Of a DNA stretch of 64,000 nucleotides, positions 8,666-17,360 are shown piece by piece. A program made the translations under genes and the position numbers. The notes below the pieces were generated by a model. It was given only the letters and a program-made list of their open reading frames with translations. It made no database searches and was not told the DNA's origin. The DNA is from a bacterium. Lineage in GTDB: Bacteria; UBA8248. Every line of letters starts with the position of its first letter. Position 1 is the stretch's first letter. The stretch spans positions 608,001 to 672,000 of the forward strand of contig CBDCRP010000003.1 in the NCBI GenBank assembly GCA_965221165.1. Direction: 5' to 3'.

Positions 8666-9955
8666 ATGATATTGTCCGTCAAACCATCGATAGCGAAGGG
8701 AACCACCGGCGTTCCCGGTTCAAAATCCCACTCCATCCGCGCCGTCGCGCTCGCATCCCTGGCATCGGGGAAAAGCACGATATCAAACCCCCTGGATTCC
8801 GAGGACGGCCTCTCGGCGGCCGGCGTCTACGCGAGCTTTGGCGCAGAAATACGTAAACAAGAGAAGGTCTGGTCCGTGGAGGGTTTCGGCGCCCGGCCCA
8901 AGGCGCCGCGCGATGTCCTCGACGTGGGGAATTCAGGAACCACCTGCCGGATGGCGCTCGGCACCGCCGCGCTCATACAAGAGGGCGAAGCTTGTTTCGA
9001 CGGTGATTCCCAGACCAGAAAACGCCCGATGGGGCCGCTGCTCGACGCCCTCCAAAACCTGGGCGCAAGGGCGCAGTCCAAAGGCGGTGGCTACCTCCCC
9101 GTCACGGTGGGCGGCCCGTGGCGCGGCGGCCGGACGAAAGTGGACGGCGCGACCAGCCAGTTCACGTCTTCCTTGTTGTTGAACGCGCCCTTCGGCGAGG
9201 AGACGAGCACCATCGAACCTATCGATCTGAACGAGCGGCCCTACGTCGAGATGACGCTCTGGTGGCTCGATCACCTGGGCCTGCGATATGAGCGCGACGA
9301 ATACAGAAGTTTCACCGTTCCGGGCGGACAGACGCTCTCAGGCTTTGAAATCGCCGTCCCCGCCGATTGGAGTTCCGCCGCCTTTCTCGTGGCCGCAGGC
9401 GCGCTGCCGGGCGGTGACGTCACGCTCCGGGGGCTGGACTTGAACGACTCGCAAGGCGACAAGGAGATTCTTGGATTCGCGGAAGAAATGGGCGCGGATG
9501 TGCTCATCGCCGAGGACGGCATCCGAATACGCGGCGCGGCCCTGCGCGGAGGGGAATTCGACCTGAACGCCACGCCCGATCTGCTGCCCATAATGGCCGT
9601 ACTCGGCGCGTTCGCCGAGGGAGAAACCAGACTCTTGAACGCTCCCCAGGCCCGCATCAAGGAAACCGACAGGATATCCGCCATGCGCGAAGTCATCGAA
9701 GCGCTGGGCGGCGAAGCCGAGGAACTGGCGGATGGCATCATCATCAAGGGGGGCGGCCTCAAAGGCGGGACCGTTCACGGTTTCGGCGATCACCGCATCG
9801 TCATGTCCGCCGCCGTTGCCGGACTCGCCGCGCCGGAGGGGATATCGGTCGACACGGCCGAGACGATGGCGGTAACATTTCCTGATTTTTGCGAGCGCAT
9901 GGCGTCGCTGGGCGCCGACATGAAAACGAGGGATTCACTCGATGCCGATATATGA
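8666..9955 (+). CDS. aroA: 3-phosphoshikimate 1-carboxyvinyltransferase
   Basis: PGSKS, GNSGTT, RPMGPL, SQF, KETDRI, DHRI motifs. Confidence 0.95.
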   Translation: MILSVKPSIAKGTTGVPGSKSHSIRAVALASLASGKSTISNPLDSEDGLSAAGVYASFGAEIRKQEKVWSVEGFGARPKAPRDVLDVGNSGTTCRMALGTAALIQEGEACFDGDSQTRKRPMGPLLDALQNLGARAQSKGGGYLPVTVGGPWRGGRTKVDGATSQFTSSLLLNAPFGEETSTIEPIDLNERPYVEMTLWWLDHLGLRYERDEYRSFTVPGGQTLSGFEIAVPADWSSAAFLVAAGALPGGDVTLRGLDLNDSQGDKEILGFAEEMGADVLIAEDGIRIRGAALRGGEFDLNATPDLLPIMAVLGAFAEGETRLLNAPQARIKETDRISAMREVIEALGGEAEELADGIIIKGGGLKGGTVHGFGDHRIVMSAAVAGLAAPEGISVDTAETMAVTFPDFCERMASLGADMKTRDSLDADI

Positions 9956-10274
9956 GTATGAATGCAAGGGGTGCGGCTTCATTTCCGGCCATTTGGTGAT
10001 GAAGCCGGCGGACAGGAGAAAACTCACCTGCCGCTCCTGCGGGAACAAGAAACTGAGAAAAATCATGTCGCGCTTTTCCTCTCACCAGACCGAAGCCCAG
10101 CGTCTCGAAGCGTTCGACCCGTCGAAACCACAGGACGGTTCTTTCTACAAGGACGACCGCAACATCGGGCTCTGGGCCCAAAAACGCGCCCGGCAGATGG
10201 GCGTCGACCTGGGCGATTCTTTCGGTGAAACCCTGGAAAAGGGCCGCTCCAAGAAAATTCTCGATAACCTTTGA
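9942..10274 (+). CDS. FmdB-family zinc ribbon protein
   Basis: MPIYEYECKGCG...CRSCG. Confidence 0.85.
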   Translation: MPIYEYECKGCGFISGHLVMKPADRRKLTCRSCGNKKLRKIMSRFSSHQTEAQRLEAFDPSKPQDGSFYKDDRNIGLWAQKRARQMGVDLGDSFGETLEKGRSKKILDNL

Positions 10275-10281
10275 GGTCGTT

Positions 10282-10962
10282 TTGACTCCCGAAACCACGA
10301 TGAGCGAGGCGCTTCGCGCCGAGGCCGAACCGCTTTGGCGAAAAATCCACGCGCATCCCTTCGTCCGGGGTCTCGGGGACGGCACGCTGCCGCTTGCGCA
10401 ATTCCGTTTCTACATGCGCCAGGACTACATTTTTCTGAAGGAATACAGCCGCGCCATCGCCCTGGCCGTCGTGAAGGCCCCCGAACTGGCGGAGATGGGG
10501 CGTTTCGCCGACCTGCTGAACGCCACCCTGAACACGGAGATGGAACTCCACCGGGGATTCGCGGCGAAATTCGGCATCTCGACCGAGGAGATCGAAGCGA
10601 CGAGGCCTGCGCCCGCGTGCAAGGGATACACCGATTTTCTGCTCGAGGCGGCCTATTCGGGTACTTTTGGGGAAATCGCCGCCGCCATGCTCCCCTGCCA
10701 GTGGGATTACGCCATCATCGGCGAACTGCTCGCCGCCAGAGGTATTCCTGAAAACGCGCCGCTCCACGCCGAGTGGATAGAGACCTACGCGTCCGATGAA
10801 TTCGCGCAACTGGCCCGCCGGCTGCGCGAAATGCTCGACCAGGCCGCATCTACGGCGGGTCCGGCCGAGCGGGAGCGCATGCGCGCGCACTTTCTGATGG
10901 GCACGCGGTATGAATACCTCTTCTGGGATATGAGCTGGAACATGGAAGAGTGGCCCCTGTAA
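10282..10962 (+). CDS. tenA: Thiaminase II / aminopyrimidine aminohydrolase
   Basis: HPFV..GDGTL, YMRQDY, LPCQWDY, EYLFWDM; start uncertain (10282 or 10300). Confidence 0.9.
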   Translation: MTPETTMSEALRAEAEPLWRKIHAHPFVRGLGDGTLPLAQFRFYMRQDYIFLKEYSRAIALAVVKAPELAEMGRFADLLNATLNTEMELHRGFAAKFGISTEEIEATRPAPACKGYTDFLLEAAYSGTFGEIAAAMLPCQWDYAIIGELLAARGIPENAPLHAEWIETYASDEFAQLARRLREMLDQAASTAGPAERERMRAHFLMGTRYEYLFWDMSWNMEEWPL

Positions 10963-10983
10963 CCCCGCCGTCTGAGAGTCGAT

Positions 10984-11508
10984 ATGTCCCCCAGAACGAG
11001 AAAAAACATACCAAATCCCACACGGTGCACATGGGCCGAGGGCGACCCCTTGATGGAGAAATACCATGACGAGGAATGGGGTTTTCCCGTGCGCACGACC
11101 CGGAAACACTTTGAACAACTGACGCTCGAAATCTTTCAGGCGGGCCTCTCCTGGCGCACCATCCTCCATAAGCGCGTGGAGTTCAGAAAGGAATTCGCGG
11201 GGTTCGCGCCCGAGAAAGTCGCCCTCTTCAGCGAGAAGGATATCAGGCGCATTCTCGGAAACCCGGGCGTCGTTCGGAACCGCAAGAAAATCGAGGCGAC
11301 CATCGAGAACGCGAAGAAATTCCTGGCCATCCAGAAAAAACACGGCTCGTTCAACCGCTATCTCGCCTCCCTGCCGGACGATCTGGAATCCCTGCAAAAG
11401 ATATTTCGCCAGGAATTCACCTTCATGGGACCCAAGATCGCAGAAGCCTATCTCGAGAGCGTGGGCAAGATACCCGAGCAACACGATCCGCGCTGCTGGC
11501 GTGCGTAA
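10984..11508 (+). CDS. tag: DNA-3-methyladenine glycosylase I
   Basis: RCTWA..YHDEEWG, EIFQAGLSWRTIL, RNRKKI, HDPRC. Confidence 0.9.
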   Translation: MSPRTRKNIPNPTRCTWAEGDPLMEKYHDEEWGFPVRTTRKHFEQLTLEIFQAGLSWRTILHKRVEFRKEFAGFAPEKVALFSEKDIRRILGNPGVVRNRKKIEATIENAKKFLAIQKKHGSFNRYLASLPDDLESLQKIFRQEFTFMGPKIAEAYLESVGKIPEQHDPRCWRA

Positions 11509-11538
11509 GGAAAATATATAACAGAATAATATTTTATA

Positions 11539-11551
11539 TATCAACTATTTA
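11539..11551 (+). promoter_or_regulatory. IHF-consensus site in an AT-rich tract
   Basis: TATCAACTATTTA matches WATCAANNNNTTR with an upstream A/T tract. Confidence 0.45.
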
Positions 11552-11641
11552 TATAGATATAATTAAAGTATAATTTTATCATCTTGTAAGCCCCCTTCAT
11601 CTGTTTGATTTTAGAGAAACCAGCCCGGATATATCAGATAT

Positions 11642-11686
11642 CCTTGTATTCATAATAAATGTAAGGCATTATTTAATTTAGTAAGG
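11642..11686 (+). promoter_or_regulatory. Putative TA promoter/operator
   Basis: Imperfect palindrome CCTTGTATT..AATGTAAGG and a second GTAAGG 20 bp later, just upstream of the antitoxin RBS. Confidence 0.4.
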
Positions 11687-11705
11687 AAAAAGGAGGACTC
11701 CACGG

Positions 11706-11939
11706 ATGGTTGAATCCACGATTACCTCAAAGGGGCAAACGACGCTGCCCAAATCCGTGCGTGAGGCGCTCGGCGTGCGTCCGGGCGATCGCGTGCGCTA
11801 CGTCGTCTCGGGCGATGAGGTGCGCATCATGCCGGTGCGGCCCCTCGCCCGGCTGTTCGGCGCACTCAAACACGACGGGCCGCCGGTGACGCTAGAAGAC
11901 ATGGAGCGCGCCGTCGCCAAAGGGGCGAATGAGGCGTGA
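11706..11939 (+). CDS. AbrB/MazE/SpoVT family antitoxin
   Basis: STITSKGQTTLPKSVREALGVRPGD. Confidence 0.9.
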   Translation: MVESTITSKGQTTLPKSVREALGVRPGDRVRYVVSGDEVRIMPVRPLARLFGALKHDGPPVTLEDMERAVAKGANEA

Positions 11940-12343
11940 TCGCGCTCGACACGAACGTCCTCGTCCGGTATCTGGTGGCCGACGACGCGGGGCATGCCGA
12001 AGCGGCTCAAGCGTTGCTGGCGGGGCTGACAGGCGAGCGGTCCGGCTTCGTCTGCCGCGAGGTGGCGGTCGAACTCGTCTGGGTGCTCGAGCGGGCGTAT
12101 CGGTTTTCCCGGGAACAAATTGCGGCGGTGCTGCAAGAACTCGTCGCCACAGAGGAATTGGAACTCGAGGCGGCGGACGACGTGGCCCGCGCCGCCTTCA
12201 GCTACCGGCGCGGCGGCCCCGGTTTTTCAGACCTCATGATCGCGGCGGCCGCCAACCGGCGCGGCGCACTCCCCCTCTATACCTTCGACAGAGGAGCGGC
12301 GCAGATGGAAGGGGTGGTGTTGGCGGAGACATTGAGTTCATGA
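11936..12343 (+). CDS. vapC: VapC/PIN toxin
   Basis: IALDTNVLVRYL, ELVWVL, FSDLMI, LYTFD; GTGA overlap with the antitoxin. Confidence 0.9.
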   Translation: MIALDTNVLVRYLVADDAGHAEAAQALLAGLTGERSGFVCREVAVELVWVLERAYRFSREQIAAVLQELVATEELELEAADDVARAAFSYRRGGPGFSDLMIAAAANRRGALPLYTFDRGAAQMEGVVLAETLSS

Positions 12344-12559
12344 GCGCGCAGGTGGGAGTAGAGCTTAGACGGCAATCGGCGAGCCATCCTTCTTTCATTG
12401 ATGAGGGGCTGCAACTGCCCTATGAATCGCCCCTGATCGCTTCAAGCACCGTCTTGGCTTCGAGCATGATCAGCTAGAGGCCACGCGCTATGACGGGAAA
12501 TGCGGGGGCAATCCCGCCCAAGGAGGGTTGCACTCTCCCCCGAGGAAGAGACGCGGCGG

Positions 12560-12839
12560 CGAGACTTGGGGTCAGCAGCGGTTGCACTGGTAAAGACTGC
12601 GAAAACGCCAGTGACCGGTATGCCCGTACTTCGGATACACGAATCCGTTCGGCCAACGGCAACGAAACAGCGCATCGACGCACTTCTCCTCGGTACCGTA
12701 CTCGTCCATGAACCGGGTCAGGCTCTAGTCCTTCTGAAATTGGATGCGATTTTGAGGCATGATATTTCTCCTGATCTTTCAGATAGCTACGAGCATAGAC
12801 CGACTCAGGCTCGCAGGATGAGCTTCATAAGTAATCAGG
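12560..12839 (-). mobile_element. Truncated, decayed IS1595-family element (5' end only)
   Basis: From ATG 12760 the minus strand reads MPQNRIQFQKD*SLTRFMDEYGTEEKCVDALFRCRWPNGFVYPKYGHTGHWRFRSLYQCNRC*, the IS1595 Zn-ribbon N-terminus with two stops; IR-like CCTGATTACTTATGAAGCTCA starts at 12839. Confidence 0.75.
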
Positions 12840-12852
12840 TATATCTATTTTT

Positions 12853-14232
12853 CTACTTCCGAACATCCATTACTATTTTGTCCCAATAATCTTCCTCTTC
12901 TTCGGTTTCTCTCAGACGCTCTTTTAGTGTCTCTCTTGCCATCCCTAGCATTTCCTCTATCCTTTTCTCTGTTTCTTCCTTGCTTTCTTTCTGTCTTCTT
13001 CCGTGTACCACTGAAGATCTTAGATCATAGAACCTTTTGACCTTTCTTTTTATCTGTAATCGCTCTTCTGGAAGCTCGTACCTTCCAAGATAATGAGCTG
13101 CTCTTGTTCCGAGTTTTTCTGTTATTTCCGGTCCTGTTGTTCGGTACAGCGTCTCCAACGCAATTGCTATATCGAGTATTCTGTCTGCTCCTTCCAGTTT
13201 TCCTCTCCGGTTTATCGCGCTTTCAATCCTGTTCATTGCTCTATCGCATCTTTCCTTAAGTTGCCTGCTTTGTTCTTGTCTCCCGTTCATCATTTCCCAT
13301 ATCTTAAATATATCTTCTGACTCTATTCTATAGGGCGTTCCTATCCCCCCTTCTCCTCTTTCCGCGTATGGCCAGTCTGGTGCTAGCGTAATTCCGTCCG
13401 TCAACGAATCATTCCGTATATATAGCCCGCTTGCTCTCTCTATTCTTTTGTTTAGGCCAATTGCTACTCTTGTTATTGCTTCATCGGTGTTCCACTCCGA
13501 CTTGTACTTCCTTTTTACTTCTCGCGTCGCGTCTCCTAACGCTGGCCCCCACGTAAACTCTCTCACGATGGAACTATCTGCTTCAGACCATTCTTTATGC
13601 CATTCGTTAAGCCATTTGTCGTCTCTATATATAAATAATGGGTCGATTTGGTCCTTCGTCCATTCCGACCCTGCTATCAATAACCCTTCCTCTATTATCA
13701 TTAGTTCTTCTACCTCGATTCCATTTATGGGTTGTATCTCGTACCCTCTGATTTCTTCTTTGTCGGAATCTTCTATTAGCCTTTCGAGATCCTCCGCAGC
13801 GTTCCAGCTTCCTCTCACCATCGCATGCTTTATAGCTGTCCCGAGTACCACCTTGCCTATTTTTTCTCTTCCTCCGTACACTTCTTCGTCGCATCCTCCC
13901 ATGCTCCTGAACACTGTGCACTCATATGGTTCGTTCTCTTCCTCTTTGTTCGTAAATGCTCCTTTTTCCTCTAACAAATCTACCGCCCCTTGCCATCCTT
14001 CGATCACTTCTATCTCATCATAATAGTCCTTCGATTTCCTTATTAGATTCCAGCGTTCCTTCTTCTCCTCTTGGTATATCTTCTCCAGAGATCGCGCTTT
14101 TCCGTCTAGCCTGAATGTCGACTGTTCGATTATTCTTCCGAAGCGCTCCGACCACTTCTCTGTCCTGTTTCCTTCTTCTCCATTATTCGATTCCATCTTC
14201 TTTGTGTTCTCCTGGTCATCTTTTCCGGGCAC
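12853..14232 (-). CDS. Apea-like HEPN domain protein
   Basis: C-terminal DRILDIAIALETLY..EITEKLGTRAAHYLG..FYDLRSSVVHG (RxxxxH); atypical purine-rich codon usage; start uncertain. Confidence 0.75.
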   Translation of the reverse strand: MPGKDDQENTKKMESNNGEEGNRTEKWSERFGRIIEQSTFRLDGKARSLEKIYQEEKKERWNLIRKSKDYYDEIEVIEGWQGAVDLLEEKGAFTNKEEENEPYECTVFRSMGGCDEEVYGGREKIGKVVLGTAIKHAMVRGSWNAAEDLERLIEDSDKEEIRGYEIQPINGIEVEELMIIEEGLLIAGSEWTKDQIDPLFIYRDDKWLNEWHKEWSEADSSIVREFTWGPALGDATREVKRKYKSEWNTDEAITRVAIGLNKRIERASGLYIRNDSLTDGITLAPDWPYAERGEGGIGTPYRIESEDIFKIWEMMNGRQEQSRQLKERCDRAMNRIESAINRRGKLEGADRILDIAIALETLYRTTGPEITEKLGTRAAHYLGRYELPEERLQIKRKVKRFYDLRSSVVHGRRQKESKEETEKRIEEMLGMARETLKERLRETEEEEDYWDKIVMDVRK

Positions 14233-14584
14233 GGCGTTCCCGGACTTATTGTCTTGTGTAGGCCTCTTAACCGTCTCTGCTGCGATTTTTGCTCCAGCCT
14301 AATATTGGTTCAATCCTTTCAGCCTCTTTTCTTCTTCGTCCCTAAGCTCTCTGCGTCCCATGAACATCAGCTATGGCCACTATACATCCTGTAATCATCT
14401 CGCTTGAGTTGAATACTGCCATTGTCTCGATTCCACTCATCCTGTCTGCATCCAGCATTCCAGCGCCCCGCCGTCACGAACTCCGTCTCTCCGGGCGGGA
14501 CGATATAGACGAAGCACTCGCCCTCAGAAGTCATTGTCGAGTCTGCTTCGGCGCAGCTAACATAAGTGAAAACTCAAGCGAACA

Positions 14585-15181
14585 TCAATTTCGCCTGTGA
14601 ACCTCTCGCACTGCATTGGCGAGTTCGTGATAGGGGACGGGCGAAACGAGTTTTTCCAGAGCGGACAACGAGATCGATTTGCGGTCATCAAGCTTTTGGG
14701 TGGATAGCGCGTAGAACTTCCACTGATCGAGGTCGAGTGGTTCAATCGGCATTTCCCGTTGCGCAAAGAGCGCGAACACGTAGACATCGGCGCGGCGCTT
14801 AGGCTCGGAGAGAAAGCGGCCGCTTTCAGAATCCCATTCGCCCGTCTTGGGCGTTCCGAAGCTGATCCGTGAGAGGCGAGACTGCTTCCAACTCTGGACA
14901 TACGCCGCGGATTTGACCTCTATCTTTATCCCATCCGGCGTTTCGAGGTCGAACGGCGCCCACTCGTCGCGAATTTCTTCACCAATCGGTATCTTTAGGG
15001 CGCGGGCCACGATGTATTCCGCCAAAACCCCTCGGGCGGTGTTACCGACCAAATCAGAGGTCGACCATCGCCAATAATCGAGTAGGCTGAAATCAAGAGT
15101 AGCCCCGTGCGCATGAAAATGCTCGGAGCCGTGTTTCTTCACAATGTCGAGTTTTTCTAACGGATCCGACATGAATGCCAC
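14585..15181 (-). CDS. Hypothetical PD-(D/E)XK-like nuclease
   Basis: RGVLAEYIVA..FDLETPDGIKIEVKSAAY. Confidence 0.7.
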   Translation of the reverse strand: MAFMSDPLEKLDIVKKHGSEHFHAHGATLDFSLLDYWRWSTSDLVGNTARGVLAEYIVARALKIPIGEEIRDEWAPFDLETPDGIKIEVKSAAYVQSWKQSRLSRISFGTPKTGEWDSESGRFLSEPKRRADVYVFALFAQREMPIEPLDLDQWKFYALSTQKLDDRKSISLSALEKLVSPVPYHELANAVREVHRRN

Positions 15182-15207
15182 CGCAACAGAGGCAAGTTTA
15201 CTCCCCC

Positions 15208-15798
15208 CTACCTCTTCAACTCGCGCGCCTCTCTCTCCCCACTCGCGCCGCCCGCCCCGTCCTCGAATTTTTCCTTCACCGCGCCGAGATTCTCCTTGAC
15301 GGCGTTTAGGTTCTCCTCGATATCCACGAGGTCGAACTTTTGGATATAGGCGCTTACCTGCCGCATGTAGGGCAGGATTTTGTCGGTCCCTCCGCTATCG
15401 ATCGGATAACCGGGCGCGTAGGCCTCCATCCCCGCCAATATGAGGCCGACGAAGAACGCGCCCTTGGCGCACCCGATGATGCCGCCGCCGAGCCTCGAGA
15501 ACCATTCGGGCGTGGCTATCGACAAGACGCCGAACATCATGCGGAAAAACAAGGCGGCGAGCACCCATGAGCCGAAGAAAAGCATCGGTTTGGTGAGCGA
15601 ATCGAGCCAGTCCGCTTCACCGAGGAAATAGGAGGCGTAAGAGAGCGCGAGGTCGCTGAACTGCATCGTGAGGAGAACGGCGATTCCGAGCGCGACCACG
15701 GAGAATGTTTCGCGGAAAAAACCGCGCACGCAACCACGAATGAGGAACCCACCGACTACGATGGCGATGGCGATATCGGGCATGGTGAAGGAAATCAT
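15208..15798 (-). CDS. CvpA family membrane protein
   Basis: DIAI..IRGCVRGFFRE, SRLGGGIIGCAKG; start uncertain. Confidence 0.85.
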   Translation of the reverse strand: MISFTMPDIAIAIVVGGFLIRGCVRGFFRETFSVVALGIAVLLTMQFSDLALSYASYFLGEADWLDSLTKPMLFFGSWVLAALFFRMMFGVLSIATPEWFSRLGGGIIGCAKGAFFVGLILAGMEAYAPGYPIDSGGTDKILPYMRQVSAYIQKFDLVDIEENLNAVKENLGAVKEKFEDGAGGASGEREARELKR

Positions 15799-15909
15799 GA
15801 AAAATCCAGAGTCTTTGTGGGCGAGCACTTGGCTGGAATCAGCCTGAAGCGCGGCTAATGTAACAAATTACAATGTGTTTGTCATTATATTTGTCATTTC
15901 AGAGGCGTT

Positions 15910-16383
15910 TCAAATTTTTTCCTTCCACATCACGAGGGCGTCTTCCTGATTATCCGGGTAATAGCGCGGGCGCATGGCCGCCGCCGTGAACCCCCATTTT
16001 TCATACAAGGCGATGGCGGCGGCGTTGCCCAGGCGCACCTCGAGCGTGGCGCGGACGAGATCCTTGGCCCTCGCGTCCTCGATAATTTTTTCGAGCAGGA
16101 AATCGCCCACCCCCCTGCGCCTGTGCTCAGGCGAAACCGCAAAATTCGTGATGTGGCACTCATCCACCACCTCCCACCAGCAGGCGTAGCCCATGACGCA
16201 GGCCACTGAGGGTTCAGACTCAACCGGGCCCTCTCCATCCCCCGTCACGACCGGGAGGTGGGAATTATCGATTTCGCGTATCTCTCTTAAAAAACTCTCC
16301 CTGGGCCACGGAAGCGGGAAGGAGCGCCGCTCGATAGCGAGCACCGCATCTACGTCTTCGACCTGCATGGGCCTTATCTTCAC
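15910..16383 (-). CDS. rimI: Ribosomal protein S18 alanine N-acetyltransferase
   Basis: IERRSFPLPW, HITNFAV..RRRGVG, LEVR..N..A..LYEKWGF, RPRYY..EDALVM. Confidence 0.9.
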   Translation of the reverse strand: MKIRPMQVEDVDAVLAIERRSFPLPWPRESFLREIREIDNSHLPVVTGDGEGPVESEPSVACVMGYACWWEVVDECHITNFAVSPEHRRRGVGDFLLEKIIEDARAKDLVRATLEVRLGNAAAIALYEKWGFTAAAMRPRYYPDNQEDALVMWKEKI

Positions 16384-16583
16384 GGCTTCCCTTCCCTCAT
16401 GCGCACCCGAAAACCCGGAACGAAGCGAAATCCCCGCAAACTCTTTCGCCAGGAAATTTTCGGGACTATAATGCGCCGACTACGAACATCCGATTCTTCT
16501 AACATTTGAACACAAACCGACGCCGCAAACGAAGCCCGGTTGCGGCCGATTCGAAAACCCGAAAACCGATACGGAGGATTATC

Positions 16584-17294
16584 ATGGGCGCGACTCTCAC
16601 ATATCTCGGACATTCCACTTTCGTCGGGCAATCGGACGGTGGCCAGACGTTCTACATCGACCCCTGGCTCGATGGAAACCCGCGCTGCCCCGAGGATCAG
16701 CAAAGCGCGAAAAAGGCGGACTTGATCGCCCTCACCCACGGCCACTTCGACCACATCGCCGCCGTCATGGACGTGTACGGCCAGGGCGGATGCCCGGTGG
16801 CGGGCCCCTATGAACTGGTGAACCTGATCGCACAGTCCGAGGGTTTTGCGGAAGAACACGCGGGCGCGATGGGCAAGGGGGGAACGGTGGATTTCGGCGG
16901 CATCGGCGTCACGCTCACCCACGCCATGCACAGCTCCAGCTTCAACGACCCGGGCGTCTACGCCGGAGAACCCGCGGGCCTCATCCTGACCTTCGAGGAC
17001 GGAAAACGAGTCTACCACGCGGGCGATACCGCCGTTTTCGGCGACATGAAGATCATCGGCGACCTGTATCAGCCGGATCTCTGCCTCCTGCCCATCGGCA
17101 GCCGGTTCACGATGGACCCGCGCGAGGCGGCCCTCGCCGTCGAGCTTCTGGGCGCCGGCCGGGTCGTGCCCATCCACCACTCGACCTTCCCGCCGCTCAC
17201 GGGTACGCCCGAGCAATTCGCAGAAGAAGTGGCGGCGCGCGGGCTCTCGCCCGAAATCACCGTGATGGAGCCGGGAGAATCCATCAGCGTATAA
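16584..17294 (+). CDS. UPF0173 metal-dependent hydrolase (MBL fold)
   Basis: YLGHS, IDPWL, THGHFDH, YHAGDT, LPIG..FTM, PIHH. Confidence 0.9.
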   Translation: MGATLTYLGHSTFVGQSDGGQTFYIDPWLDGNPRCPEDQQSAKKADLIALTHGHFDHIAAVMDVYGQGGCPVAGPYELVNLIAQSEGFAEEHAGAMGKGGTVDFGGIGVTLTHAMHSSSFNDPGVYAGEPAGLILTFEDGKRVYHAGDTAVFGDMKIIGDLYQPDLCLLPIGSRFTMDPREAALAVELLGAGRVVPIHHSTFPPLTGTPEQFAEEVAARGLSPEITVMEPGESISV

Positions 17295-17360
17295 GCGCAC
17301 CCGTATAGCGAAAACCAAAAGGATGAATTTCTTTTTTCAAGCCAATGAAAGGAACCACGC

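Noticed and set aside
13448-14023. Ser/Leu/Phe-rich plus-strand ORF
   Set aside because: Antisense shadow of the purine-rich HEPN gene
14299-14367. Stop-codon readthrough extending the HEPN ORF upstream
   Set aside because: The in-frame TAG has no recoding signal and the upstream peptide has no recognisable motif
12845-14460. Diversity-generating retroelement as the cause of the skew
   Set aside because: No reverse transcriptase or TR/VR pair in the window, and both A and G are depleted on the plus strand rather than A only
14500-14565. Integron attC site (GTTAGCT plus a bulged hairpin)
   Set aside because: No complementary RYYYAAC box in the correct order and no integron integrase
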